Of a stretch of 64,000 bases of DNA, positions 45,594 through 58,629 are shown piece by piece (positions within the stretch are counted from its first letter, which is position 1; each line of letters starts with the position of its first letter). This stretch comes from Chrysomallon squamiferum (taxonomy: Eukaryota > Animalia > Mollusca). The DNA is taken from the NCBI GenBank assembly GCA_012295275.1, contig CM022672.1, positions 5,704,001 to 5,768,000 on the forward strand, given 5' to 3'. The notes beneath the pieces were generated by a model, which worked only from the letters and a program-made list of their open reading frames with translations, was not told the DNA's origin and searched no databases. Made by a program: the position numbers and the translations under genes.

Positions 45594-47457
45594 ATTGATC
45601 TTCTCGACACATTGTACATCGTGCACATTTCTTTTGTTGTTTTTCAACTAAAGTGATTTAAAAACTTAGTAAACTTTCTTCTTCTTTTTTTTTTGGGGTG
45701 GGGTGGGGATGTGTATGTGAATGAAATACATGTACTGACATGAAGGCAGATAGACAGACAGACAGACAGGCAGACAGATAGAAAGACTGATAGAAAAACA
45801 TACAGAGGCAGACAGACGGATAGCTGGGATATATGGATGAATGAAGGGTGAGAACAGAAAAGAAAAAAAGGAAGACTGTGATGGAAATCTATAGACCTAG
45901 CGACTGGGTTAGAGAGAACGAGTTACCCTGATGGCTACATATTGGTAATAAGCGACATTTTTAGACGTCCTTCATCCTTGTATCAGCACGTTCACTACCA
46001 GATGTTTGACCTAATTTCGTTCAAGCTGAAAACGTTTACGGCGATATTTTACGACCCGCGTAGATGAAAAGCGTCAGTTTATTAATAGTAATTAATGAAG
46101 AACACAGGTGTGACATTTGTTATGCGTTCGTAAATAATATTTTTGTCGTTAGGATTAGCACACCGCAACGTTTACTTTGTACTGAATAGAAATAATGCAA
46201 CGTAATTATTATACATGATGCAAGGGTTTAACGTTTTCTAAGACAGTGAGAGAAAGAAGGAAGAAAACAAAACAAAACGAGAAACAGAAGAAGGGAAAAG
46301 TGCACAGATACATATATACTTAAACATATGTCCATATGTGCACACACAGACACAGATGTACGTACGTATGTGAAAGGATGGAGATAAATGGATGGGTTGA
46401 CAGAAAGAAAGATAGATGGAAAAAAGATATGTGTACACAGACACACGTGTTACTATCATAGAGACAGATAGATAGATAGATAACAACAACTGAAGTACAC
46501 AAAATTATATATTAATATAGGCGATCAATTGGAAATACACGAGATATATTATATATAATTATTCATTATAACATATATTTTCAGCATCACAATTGACATT
46601 CTTTTACGCAGAAGCAAATAAAGAAATCACATACAGAACTGTATCTAATGTATTACATCTTACGCAGACATCTCATTTGCGAACTACTGGAACTTGTGCC
46701 AATATAGGCGTACTTTTCAGAGTTTTCCGAACAGTTCTTAATGGTTTGACTGTTATCGTAACTATCTGCCTCTCGGAAAACAGCGATCTAACATCGATGT
46801 GTAACATTTTATGTTCTACTTCAAAATAGTTCTCCCTTTTTTTTTTTTTTTTTTTTTTTTCTTACTAAAAATCGTAAGCAAGTCTATCACCCAAAAAGTT
46901 GTTTATAAATTCAGATATACTGATGAGTCATTGGCTAACACTGTGCTCCAGACGAGAGCTGTAAAAAGAATACTTTTATTTTTAAATTACGAGTTCGTTA
47001 GTCCTCCCCCACCACTTCCATTCACACACTATAGTTTCCCATTACGCTGTTTTCACTAATTGTTTGTAAATTATCGTCTGCTTAAATTCAAGCACGTGTT
47101 GAAAGGAATTGTTAATTGTATATCGTAAAAGGCTTGTTAACTGAAATTTCCCGGACTGTTTGACCTGCTCCTTTGCTAACAAGTGTTTTATTTTATTTTA
47201 GTCGAGGCACACGGTAAACTCTTTTTTGGTGTTTTTGATTCAGTAACATTTGCTCGTTTTCTCGATAGCCATTCTTAGGAGATGTTTATTGTTTGTTTGT
47301 TTGTTGTTGTCGTTATTTATTTATTTATTTATTTATTTATTTTCCCATTGTAAACTAAATACGATTCAGTCTCATTTCATCCAAAACACATACATTATTC
47401 ACAGTCATATGTACATACATCAGACGCGTAAATTAATAATTAAACCAATCATTCATC

Positions 47458-47512
<55 letters not shown>

Positions 47513-48201
47513 CATGATAAAATAAAAGTAATTACAACATTATAACATTATAACAACTGCTGTTTTGAATATTAGGAATTTTTCGTTTGCAATTAACTGA
47601 GAAAATACGAACCGGCTGTTCCGGCTCTTGGGCGTACCCTTCACCATGACGTCACGGCCGACTGAATTGCCGCTCCATTAGATGACTAAACGCTGGTTTG
47701 ACGTCACAAATGGGTCGAGTTTCTTTGCCCCTGGCTGTGCCAAATTATGTTTTGTTTCAGATAAGTTTGGAGATGAACTATGTACAGTAATACCACTTAT
47801 GATAACTTAGAGTAAATCGACCCAAAATGTTTTTTGAATTACACATTATTTCGATGTAATTACACATCACAGGCGCGCCTGCGTTTATTAATAGATCAAA
47901 AAAGCAATTTGTTTCCTCGCTATTTTTATTATTATTATTATTTTTTTTTTTTTTAACACAGGGTTAATTTATTATAATCATTATTAATGTTTTGAATATT
48001 CGTTATTCACCGTTTTATTTAATTATACATTGACGCATATTGTTTAATGCACAATTATCGAAAGTATATTTTATACAGTTTTGTGTATATCAGTCTTTTT
48101 TGAAAGTATAAAATGTCTAAAATTTTCCGTTTCTTCAGCTTGTTAATTAAATATACATACAAAACTCACACGATTTGCGTGTATATTTATGTTTTTGCGC
48201 A

Positions 48202-48289
<88 letters not shown>

Positions 48290-48543
48290 TGGATCCGAAC
48301 GATAAAAAAACTAAAGTACTATTTAATTGTTTGCTGCATATAACATAGTAATTTGTGTTTTAAAATAAAAGTAAAATGTCAGCGATCATCGATTTTATTA
48401 CATCTGCCAGGTGCATAAATGAAATGTGTTTGTAACAGTATTTATAAAAAATGAAATACAAACGTAATCTACTTGCAGAACACACAAAGTCGTTGTTCAC
48501 TAAAGAAATAATTTATATTTAGTTGTCACCGTCTGAAGTTGAA

Positions 48544-48582
<39 letters not shown>

Positions 48583-48871
48583 TTTAATTTTTTTTTAAAT
48601 TAAAATTAAGACAGAAAGAAACAAGAAGAAATATATGTATGTATGTATGTGTGTGTATAATGTATGTACGTATGTATATATGTATAACATGATTTCACGA
48701 AAATTTGAATTATTGACCATACAGTTAATTACATTTTTATTTTATATCCTTCTCTATTTTCTTTCTTTTTCATCCATTCCAAACAGAACAAAATATTTTT
48801 ACAAAATAAAAACGCTTACTACTACTACTACTTCTACTACTACTACTACTAAAAACTACTACTACTACTAC

Positions 48872-48904
<33 letters not shown>

Positions 48905-49257
48905 CATGTTCTTTGCTTCCAAGTTGAATTGTGTGTTAATTTTTGGTTGAAGAACTTGATAAATATTTTCACTTTTCACTTACTGCGATAGATCGCAAAT
49001 GCCACATTTTGAACTTGCAGTAAAGTAGGTCAGCAATGAATTTGAGCTCGTGACGTTTGTTAACAGGAAGGTGAGACAAGCCAATCATAATGATTTATGT
49101 TTTGTCAAATAATTGTAGTAAGGAAATAAAAATAAAAGTAAAATAAACAAAATGAAATATAAAACAAATGAAATAAATTGAAAATAAATAAAATGTAATG
49201 AGAGTAAAACTAATAAATAAATAAAATACCAATAAATGAATAAGTAAACAAAATAAA

Positions 49258-49295
<38 letters not shown>

Positions 49296-49452
49296 TTTTA
49301 TGTACACATGTATGTATGTATGTTTGTATGTACATATGTATGTTTATATGTATGTGTGTATGTATATATGTCTGCGTGTATGTGCATAATAAATAATAAT
49401 AAGTAAACAAAACATGCATGAATGAATGTGTGCATATCTCAATGTGTTTTGT

Positions 49453-49513
<61 letters not shown>

Positions 49514-49691
49514 CTGTATCAGGCATCTATTAATAAAATGGTGTGAGATACTGATAAATATCTGACAGTCGTATTCTTTCTGCAGTAACAACAGAACAAC
49601 AGTTCCACAGTGACACAATTTATATATCTTTTAAACAAACAACAAAGTAAACAAAGAGAAGAGTATTATGCCTGGTTAATCAATATAACAA

Positions 49692-49746
<55 letters not shown>

Positions 49747-51270
49747 GCAGAAATGAACATGTGTCAAGGAAAAAAATTACAACAAAAGTATTATCAAAAA
49801 TAATTCCTATTTAATTTCATTAGTTTATATATATATAAAAAAGGAATGCATATTTATATATACATACACACACACACATACCCACAAACATGCATATATA
49901 TATATATATATATATATATTACAGATGAGTAAATTAGGAAGAGCACAGCAACTACTTTAAAAGGACACAAAGATGAATACAAAGATGTAATACTAACCAG
50001 TAAAGAAATTAAAGAAATGTGAAACAAAACCAACAAGCATAGATTTAAAAAATAATAAAATAAAATAAAAAATAAAATAAAATAAAATAAATAAATAAAC
50101 AAAATGAAGACAAAACTAATAGTAATAGTAATAAAAATGCATTTTGATATCTAGATATTGATCAAATGTATGTTTCAGCAACTTATTCAGCAGTGATGTA
50201 TAATGATATTATTCATTTCAAGTAGCATCAGTTGTTCTATGCAGAACTTTTCTTGTTTCATTCTTCACTTTATTCCATTTCAGTGCTTGTGATTCAGTTG
50301 GAATGCTAACTTTTGATTCATCATCAAGAATGCTTTTAAGTCTGAAAATCTTGTATGATTACAGTTCAAAATAAAAACAACATTTGATTCGTCATGAATG
50401 AAAAAAAAAATGATCCAGTTGGAATTTTGAGTCATCCTGAAACATGAATACCAACTGATTCGTAAAAATTACATCTGATTCTCTCTAGAAGCTTATTGCT
50501 GATCTGTGGCAGAAACTGATTTGTTCTAAAACGTGAATTCAACTCATTCTGAAAGCTTAAATCTGATTCATTGTAAAAGCTCAAAACTGATTAATTGTAA
50601 AAAGCTTAAATCTGATTCACAGTGTAAGCTTATATCTGATTTATTCTGAATTTAGAGCAAACTAGAATGATTTAGTACCAACGTAATAAAAAAAATTTGA
50701 CTATTTGTTCGATTTTATGGTAATTAAAATATGGAAATGAAATGAAATGTTTACATACAAAGAAAAAGCCTCTAAAGAAAAAATGCCAGCTTTACAATGT
50801 TTAACTTCTGAGCAATTATTTCTGTTTATGATAAAAACAGAAAAAAAAAAGAAGATTTTTACAAAATGTAAACTCAGATTTACTCTTGCAAACAAAACTC
50901 AAAAAATAAAAATCTCTTATACTAAATAACCATTTTATGTGAAGGAATAAACTAAATAATAAACTGGTTTAATATATAAATAAATAAATTAAATAAATTA
51001 ATTAATCTCTAGGATTTCACAGTTCTAAAAAATTAAAAATCAAAACATTATTTTAAAAATGTCACATATATAGTGATGCTTCTTCTATGTGGTTATAAAA
51101 TTATTTTCTTTTTACATTTTTATTTAATCTTTTTATAATTATTTTATCATTAACCATATAATAATGAAAAATCTGTTTTTAAAGGACCTTGGTTTTATTT
51201 TATGTTTTTTCTTTACCATATTTAAATGCATTATAACCTTTTTAATAAAAATTTAATGAATTAATGAAAC

Positions 51271-51323
<53 letters not shown>

Positions 51324-51469
51324 AATAAATAAAATTATGTTTTTGGATTTAATACACAATTATATCTGGGTCAATAGAGACGGTCATGCGGACTCAGTCT
51401 GAATATAGCATTTGTGCAGCAATATGACGTGATTTATATTATGATGGTTTATTATTTTAAATAACATAC

Positions 51470-51505
<36 letters not shown>

Positions 51506-51559
51506 TCATCATAACTATTTTTATTATCATTTTATTTATTTATTTTTTAATTTAATTAA

Positions 51560-51598
<39 letters not shown>

Positions 51599-51659
51599 GG
51601 GAACGTTTCTGTTTGATTTTTCACTTTGTTCCATTTCAGTGCTTCTGATTCAGAAATGC

Positions 51660-51703
<44 letters not shown>

Positions 51704-51814
51704 GGAATTAAAGAAAAGATATGAATTTAATTAGAAAGAAAAAAAACAACAAAGAAAAAGGCTGATAAAAACATTTGCTTTCAGTGTCAGATCACAGCTA
51801 CTGTCTTAGTTGAG

Positions 51815-51934
51815 TTACACTTTTTTTAATGGTTCGGTTAACTTGGTTCGGCCTGTTCTGGTTCGATCATTTGGGTTTAGTTGAATGATCTGGTTCTTGA
51901 AATAGGATATAAGTTCAGCCACTGATGTAAAGGT
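51815..51934 (-). CDS. SLP-76/BLNK-like adaptor, last coding exon (SH2 alphaB to stop)
   Basis: Acceptor TTCTCTAG|, phase 0; TFTSVAELISYFKNQIIQLNPNDRTRTGRTKLTEPLKKV*; matches the SH2 F-x-S-V-x-E-L-I-x-Y-F motif. Confidence 0.9.
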   Translation of the reverse strand, partial: TFTSVAELISYFKNQIIQLNPNDRTRTGRTKLTEPLKKV

Positions 51935-52632
51935 CTAGAGAATAAAAAAAAAAAAAAAAAAAAAATCATTAAATGTTTTTATAATAAAAAGATAAAAGAT
52001 AAAATAAATGTAATTAAAAAAGTTTATAAATTAAAATTTTAAAAATATTAATTAAAAAAAGATGAAAGAACATTAAAAAATTTAAAAACAACATTTTAAA
52101 AAGGTTTTAAAAATACTTCTTTTTTTTTTAAACAGAAAACTGTTAGTTATTCTAAAAATTTAATTTCATGATAACAATGATTTTAATTTCTAAATAAAGA
52201 AAAGGTTTATTTAATGCCAAGATATTTATATATATATATATATATATATAAAATTTCCTTGTATAAAATAAAGTAAATTTATTAAATTATCATTTGAAAT
52301 AATTAACTTGAAAGTAAGTAAAACAAATGAAAAATACAACAACAAAACCCCCTTGAAAAAAAAAAACATGATGACATAACAGAGCAGTATAATATATAAT
52401 AACAATAATAATTTTAGAACAATAGAATAAAAATACACAATAATAAAAATTAGAATTAAACACAAAGTATAAAATGAAAGGAAATCAATACAATAATATT
52501 TAAAAAATAAACAAATAAATAATAATAATAATAATAATAATAATTAAATTAAATTAAATTAAAAAACGTAATAAAATGATAATAAAAATAGTTATGATGA
52601 TGATGATGATAATAATAATACTATTACTACTA

Positions 52633-52667
<35 letters not shown>

Positions 52668-52692
52668 AACAAGAAAAAACAAATATTCTTAC

Positions 52693-52845
52693 AATTTCGT
52701 CTTCTCTGTGGTTTCCCAGTATGTACTTCTTGTTCTGCAGACATCTCACAGGCAGGTTGTAAACTTTTTGTTGATTGTAAATCATCAGCGTGTATTTCTG
52801 ATCTGTTCCTGACCGCGTGCTCTTTCGAACCAGAAACATACCATT
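52693..52845 (-). CDS. SLP-76/BLNK-like adaptor, SH2 core exon
   Basis: TTTCAG|...|GTAAGA; NGMFLVRKSTRSGTDQKYTLMIYNQQKVYNLPVRCLQNKKYILGNHREDEI. FLVR signature plus KVYN and YxLG as in SLP-76/BLNK SH2 domains. Confidence 0.92.
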
Positions 52846-53275
52846 CTGAAATCAGTAACTGTCTGTTGAGTATGATGAACAAATGAATGAATGAATGGAC
52901 GGACGGATGGATGGATGGAAGAACTGCAGGATGGATGAATGAAAGGGTGGAGGAAGGAATTAACAGATGAATGGGTGGATGGAAGGAAGGACAAATGACT
53001 GAATGAATGAAGAATGAATGGATATGTTAATTAATTTAGTTTTTACAGTTTTGGGAGTTTATATAGTTGAGCGATGGGGACATTTAAATAAAAATCATAA
53101 ATTTATTGTATATTACTAACACGAAAGAAAAAACAAGCCCTAAAATGCATGTGTGTGCAAAAACCCACAAAAAACAACAACTGAGCTGGTAAGTCACAAA
53201 TTTGTATCTGTTAATATAGCTACAAGATCAATATTTAACATCTAGATTTTTTTTTTAATGAAAACAGAGATGAAG

Positions 53276-53317
<42 letters not shown>

Positions 53318-53514
53318 CACACAAAATAAAAGAAACTGAAATAGTTGTTGATACTGAAACAAAAAATTAATATAAACAAGAAAGGAGAGAAAAGATAGAT
53401 AGAGAGAAAAAAACAAATCACAGAGAGTGTCTGTCATTCTGTCAGTTTGTATGTAAGTGATACAAGTGCGTCTATGGAAACAGGTATGCATTAGTTGCTG
53501 ATTGTGTCAGCTAC

Positions 53515-53589
53515 CTGGTTTTGAGCTTTCAGTTGGTTTTCTGCTTCTGTTCGATTAATGTCTGAATGATACCATGGATAGGTACTCAT
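53515..53589 (-). CDS. SLP-76/BLNK-like adaptor, SH2 N-terminal exon
   Basis: MSTYPWYHSDINRTEAENQLKAQNQ|GTAGCT; WYHxxIxRxEAExxL is the SH2 betaA/alphaA motif; 75 nt, phase 0-0. Confidence 0.9.
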
Positions 53590-53591
53590 CT

Positions 53592-53632
<41 letters not shown>

Positions 53633-53794
53633 AAAATTGAAAGTATACTTAAAATGATGGTATGTTTTAATCAGAATAAAACAAGAGCATACATCTGTAA
53701 TTTCATTATGATTTCAATATCATCCTAAAACTTGTATCACCTGCCTTGAGGTTAGACTATAGAAAGACACAAATGTGTAATTACAATACTGGGT

Positions 53795-54050
53795 TTTATA
53801 ATAAAACAAATGCACAGTGATGTTCCTGGTTTTGTAATGATATCCTTCATTATGTTCCTGGTTTTATAAATAACTCAAATATACAGCTATGTTCCTGGTA
53901 TCGTAACAACAAAAACACACAATTAGGTTGTACCTTTTGTAATGATTGCAGATGCATGATTATGTTCCTGGTTTTGTGACAACACAAGTGCACAGTTATT
54001 CTACTAGATTTGTAATAATATAAAGGTACAGCAACATTCCTGGGTAACAG
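53795..54050. repeat. Degenerate ~40-bp tandem array (TATGTTCCTGGTTTTGTAA-like)
   Basis: atgttcctgg recurs at ~53820, 53852, 53889 and 53962. Confidence 0.7.
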
Positions 54051-54654
54051 TCACTCAAATCTACAGTAACTCAAATCCAAAAAACAACACAACTGCACAA
54101 ACCACACCCAGACTGGAACATACATAACCTGTACGTACTAAACATATTGTCCTGAAATGACTTATGGGTAAAAACATAACATGTCACACTTCAGAAGCTC
54201 TGAGAAACTTGGCATAAAAAAAATACTAAAACTACACAAATGTGAGATTTCCAGGGTTTGTGCAGAAGGTGTTCACGGAAAGTTTTAATGAAGTATTTTG
54301 CACAGTTTCTGCACTTAAAGACAGGTACAATGATGTGTCAAACTTGGAATGTGATTAAAGAAGTTTTCCCAAACCAGCAGCAAACTGATACATTAGTTTA
54401 CTGATTCACATTTTAAAATTATCTACTAGTAACAACAACAACAACAATAACAACAACAACTACAACGATAATAACAATAATAATAATAATAATACTAATG
54501 ATAGTAACAACAATAATAACAATAACAACAACAACAATAAAAACAACAACAATAATAATAACAATAATAGCAACAACAACAATAACAATAACAACAGTAA
54601 CAACAACAATAATAATAATGAACAAATCTATAATACTTAAAACTGAAAGTAATC

Positions 54655-55004
54655 CAGCTAGCACATTTATCTGGCCCAAAGGTGGTCCTCATCTAACCCT
54701 CATCTAACCCTCATTCTACCCTCATCTAATCCTCATTTTACCCTCATCTCTCATCTAACCCTCATCTAATCCTCATCTAACCCTCATTTTACCCTCATCT
54801 AACTGTCACCTAACCCTCATTTTACCCTCATCTAACTCTCATCTAACCCTCATCTAATCCTCATTTTACCCTCATCTAACCCTCATCTATCACTCATCTA
54901 ACTCTCATCTATCACTCATCTAACCTTCATCTAACCCTCATCTAGCTGGCTCCATCCTGTTCTAGACCTGGGTTGCAATTCGGTCCAGATAAATGTGCTA
55001 GCTG
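54655..55004. mobile_element. MITE-like element: 20-bp perfect TIRs around an 11-bp minisatellite
   Basis: CAGCTAGCACATTTATCTGG at 54655-54674 and its exact reverse complement at 54985-55004; TA on the right flank, TC on the left; interior is (CTCATCTAACC)n. Confidence 0.8.
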
Positions 55005-55338
55005 TAAAAACATATGCTATGTTACATGCATGCTCTGTTATTTATATAACCTTAAATTTACCTAATGATTCCACAAAAGTATACACATTATAAGACATGG
55101 TTAGTGAGTGCACAGCATTCTCAGAGTTAAACTGATCATATTTCACTCCCTGTTAAGGAAGGAACTGATCACTGCATGCAGAAAGTTAAAAATGTTTAAT
55201 TTGGTCAGTGATCAATGCACGTTTTTATCAAACCCTGTTAGTTAAATCATCTTAACAAATAATCACTGCATGCAGAAAGTTAAAAATGTTTAATTTGCTC
55301 GGTGATCCATGCAAAGAAAAGAAGGAAGAATTTTTCTA

Positions 55339-55933
55339 CAGGGTGTCCCAAAAGTAACCGAACCTCAAACTTAAATAAAATTAGATATTAAAAATAACAA
55401 ATTTAATTCCATATTTTATGTCATTTTATGTTATTTTTTTTACTGTTCATTTACTTCTGTCAGTAGTAGTCTTTGGAATGATTTTTGTTACCTGACTGTA
55501 GTGTTCTTTGTGATCGAGACTTCTGTTTTAGCACTCGCTACTGGACTCTCCATGGTTTGACTTGAAATGGTCCCCTCACTCTTTAAAATGCAGCGAAGAA
55601 CTTTAGATTTAAACAAACGTACCTTCGTTACTAAGAATTATTATGCAATGACTAGCTACAAGCCTTGTTGAAGAAACATGGGAAGTAAACTTTAGAACAC
55701 CTGTATCGACTAAATCGACAATGTTCAATCTTGTATCCAAATTTGAAGTAACTGGAAGTGTGTCAAATGCTCCTAAAAAAGGTTGTCCAAAAACAGTTTG
55801 TTCACCTGAAAACAAGGATTTTGTGGCAGCTGCATTTTAACATTTGTAAATACTAAATATACAGATTAAACTTGTTGTTTTTAATATCTAATTTTATTTA
55901 AGTTTGTGGTTCGGTTACTTTTGGGACACCCTG
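55339..55933 (+). mobile_element. Internally deleted Tc1/mariner-superfamily DNA transposon
   Basis: TA target duplication on both sides; ~70-bp TIRs starting CAGGGTGTCCCAAAAGTAACCGAACC; frameshifted transposase N-terminal HTH remnant (...TMFNLVSKFEVTGSVSNAPKKGCPKTVCSPENKDFV); no DDE domain. Confidence 0.92.
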
Positions 55934-55935
55934 TA

Positions 55936-56280
55936 TTTAACAACATTCTAAACAAACATGTAATACACAGTTAAATGATATCACACATATTATATATAAC
56001 ACAAATTGTCAAGGCTCATGCAGATAATCAGAGAGGAAATTCATGGTCATCATGCAAATGGGATTCTCTTTATTTTATTGGCAGCAAGGGATCTTTTACA
56101 TGCATGCAGTCCTGAACAGATGTGAACGCACACACAGCAAGGTGTTAAGTAAGATAAATCAACTGTGAGACTTTGGTCTGAATGGGAAAAACAGACCAAA
56201 TGGTACTCTGAGGAGGACTGATCCCATCACTTATCAGGCCTCAGTCTTGCATCCCAACCAGCGTGTTTTACCCAGCATGC
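55936..56280. mobile_element. Degenerate SINE-like repeat, apparently interrupted by the mariner insertion
   Basis: Shares cagcaaggg...tttt..atgca and gag.a.tgatcc motifs with 19090-19310; identity from recollection only. Confidence 0.45.
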
Positions 56281-56422
56281 TGTGTTCACAACTGATGCAG
56301 TCAAAATGTTTTGGTTACTGTTCACACATTTGACTGTTAAATTCAAACAGACGATTATTCTGCTTGCATATGAAGTGAGTGGAGTATATATATATATATA
56401 TATATAAGAGATAAAAACTTAC

Positions 56423-56479
56423 AGGTGGTTCGAATGTACGACTGGTGTTTACACCTCCGTTCATATCTATGTAGTCATC
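56423..56479 (-). CDS. SLP-76/BLNK-like adaptor exon (YxxM motif)
   Basis: TTTACAG|...|GTAAGT; DDYIDMNGGVNTSRTFEPP; 57 nt, phase 0-0. Confidence 0.8.
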
Positions 56480-57045
56480 CTGTAAACAATTGTTTCTATT
56501 TATTTATTTCCTTACTTACTTTCTTACATTTTTTTATTACCTTCATGCTTGCTTATTTTCTTAGTTATTTACTTATTTATTTACTTATTCAGCAGCCATT
56601 TACACAAAATGCCACCAGCCTGACACTACCCAGCTGCTTCACAGAGACAAGGAGCTGACAACCATTAACAAACACCAGGCAGGAACAAATGTCAAGTCAA
56701 AAAATTTTTACATTATAACCATCGAAGAATGCCATTGCTAATTCTAGCTTTAGTGACCGCTGTTTACTAATAAGAGTCACTATGAAATACAAGATGAGGA
56801 TCAGTTATATGAAATGATTGGGACTCAAAGTGTTTTGGTATTTTCTGAAGTTTTAAGGACTTTGGAATTACAAACAGATACCCTGAAAATAGGATCTAAG
56901 ACGAAACATGAAATCCATTTAAATTTTGTGTGCAGGTTATACATATTACTGCAGTTCTTGTTATATAATTTTTTTAATTTTTTTTTATCATTATTTATTT
57001 ATCTATTTATTTATATATTTATCTATTTTTTATTTATTTATTTTT

Positions 57046-57077
<32 letters not shown>

Positions 57078-57460
57078 AATATTATGTAGAAAATAAAGTT
57101 AGTATTCATGCTGAAGCAGCTGAGAACTATACTGCATCACTATAATGGCTGCCTGAAAACAGTTCTGGACACTGGAGAATTTGTATGATCTACCAGCAGT
57201 AGATGCATGCACTAAGAAACACACTTTTATGAATTAAGAATTAACGAAGATATGAAAGAATTAAAAGTAATATAATTATAACTGGATAAAAGAAACCATC
57301 AGAGTTATTTGGATTATCTACCAGATTTATTACAACATGCAATACACAAATTAAATCAACATCGTCTGAGCAAAACAAACCAATACTTATCAATTTTTAA
57401 AAAATATTTGTTTAAGATATAATTTATTCACTGAAAAGTTTTTTTATTAACATTAGTTAC

Positions 57461-57507
57461 CTTTGAGTCTTCAATGGTATTTTTCTGTTTTGCTTTTACA
57501 TTTGATG
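57461..57507 (-). CDS. SLP-76/BLNK-like adaptor exon
   Basis: CTTTTTAG|...AAG|GTAACT; (A)SNVKAKQKNTIEDSK; phase 1-0, needed to keep the frame. Confidence 0.75.
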
Positions 57508-57841
57508 CTAAAAAGAATGAGCAAAAAGAAAAAAAAAGAAGAAAAGAATAAAGAAAACGATTAACAAATAAAATATAATTAAACGACACTAAGAATTATA
57601 ACAAAGTTAAAAATTTTTTTTTTTATTTATTTTTTTTTTTTACAAAAAAGAAAACAAAGAATATTGTGCTAAAAAAAGTCTATTCAAGTCCAGCTATTAA
57701 TAACAGTACAGATTTAATAATGGACAACATAACTGTGATATAAAGATGATACTAGTAATTATCATTATCATTATTATTATTATTATGATTTTTTTTTTAT
57801 TATGATTTTATTTACAACACTTGCGTGAAAGATAATCTAAC

Positions 57842-57871
57842 CTTTAAAACCTTCCATTGAATCTGTCTTGA
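57842..57871 (-). CDS. SLP-76/BLNK-like adaptor, 30-nt symmetric exon
   Basis: Strong pyrimidine tract TTTTCCTTTAG|, donor AAG|GTTAGA; (V)KTDSMEGFK; phase 1-1, so skippable. Confidence 0.55.
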
Positions 57872-57946
57872 CTAAAGGAAAAACACAACAAAAAAAAATC
57901 CCCCCGCAAAAAAACAAGAGAATGGATAAAGGGAGACAACTATTAC

Positions 57947-58055
57947 CTGACGACATCTTTCTTGGGGAAGGCACTTGCAACTTTTTTTCTGTTTTACCTG
58001 ACGAATGTTTCCTTGGAGCAGGAGGAATTGGTGGCTCACTCTCACTGTCAGTGGA
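57947..58055 (-). CDS. SLP-76/BLNK-like adaptor exon (Pro-rich)
   Basis: TTTCAG|STDSESEPPIPPAPRKHSSGKTEKKLQVPSPRKMSS|GTAATA; phase 0-1. Confidence 0.8.
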
Positions 58056-58450
58056 CTGAAATTTAATAATGTAAAAAAAAAAACCCTCTCAGTTTCAATA
58101 CACATCAAATAATAAAAACAACCTGATTAAATTTTAATCCTGGCTTCTGCTTGAATGACTAAGTAATGTTTTCTGTTCTTTCAGATCAAATGATTTACAG
58201 GAAAACAACAACGTGAAACATACACACACACACACACGTATTACAATATACAAATATGATTATTATTATTATTACATTATTATTACCATTACTGTCATGA
58301 TTATTACTACTGCTACTACTACTACTAGTACTACTACTACTACAACTACTACTACTAGTACAACTACTGCTACAGCTACTATGATTATTATTGTTTTTAA
58401 TTATTATTAATATCATGATCGTCATCATTATCATTATCATTATCATTATT

Positions 58451-58498
<48 letters not shown>

Positions 58499-58527
58499 TA
58501 TTTATTAATGAAATCTAGATTTTTTAC

Positions 58528-58629
58528 CTTTTTAGCACCCAGAGTTGTTTTAGAAGATCTGTGCCCAGGTGTGGGTACAGGTGGCAGCTGGCGTCCTTTT
58601 GCAGATACCTCATCTGGCTTGTCATAGAC
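58528..58629 (-). CDS. SLP-76/BLNK-like adaptor exon (YDKP, RxLPPxP)
   Basis: TTTTCCAG|VYDKPDEVSAKGRQLPPVPTPGHRSSKTTLGAKK|GTAAAA; 102 nt, phase 0-0. Confidence 0.85.

Noticed and set aside
54688-54945. Interstitial telomere
   Set aside because: The unit is 11 bp, not (TTAGGG)n, and it is bounded by TIRs.
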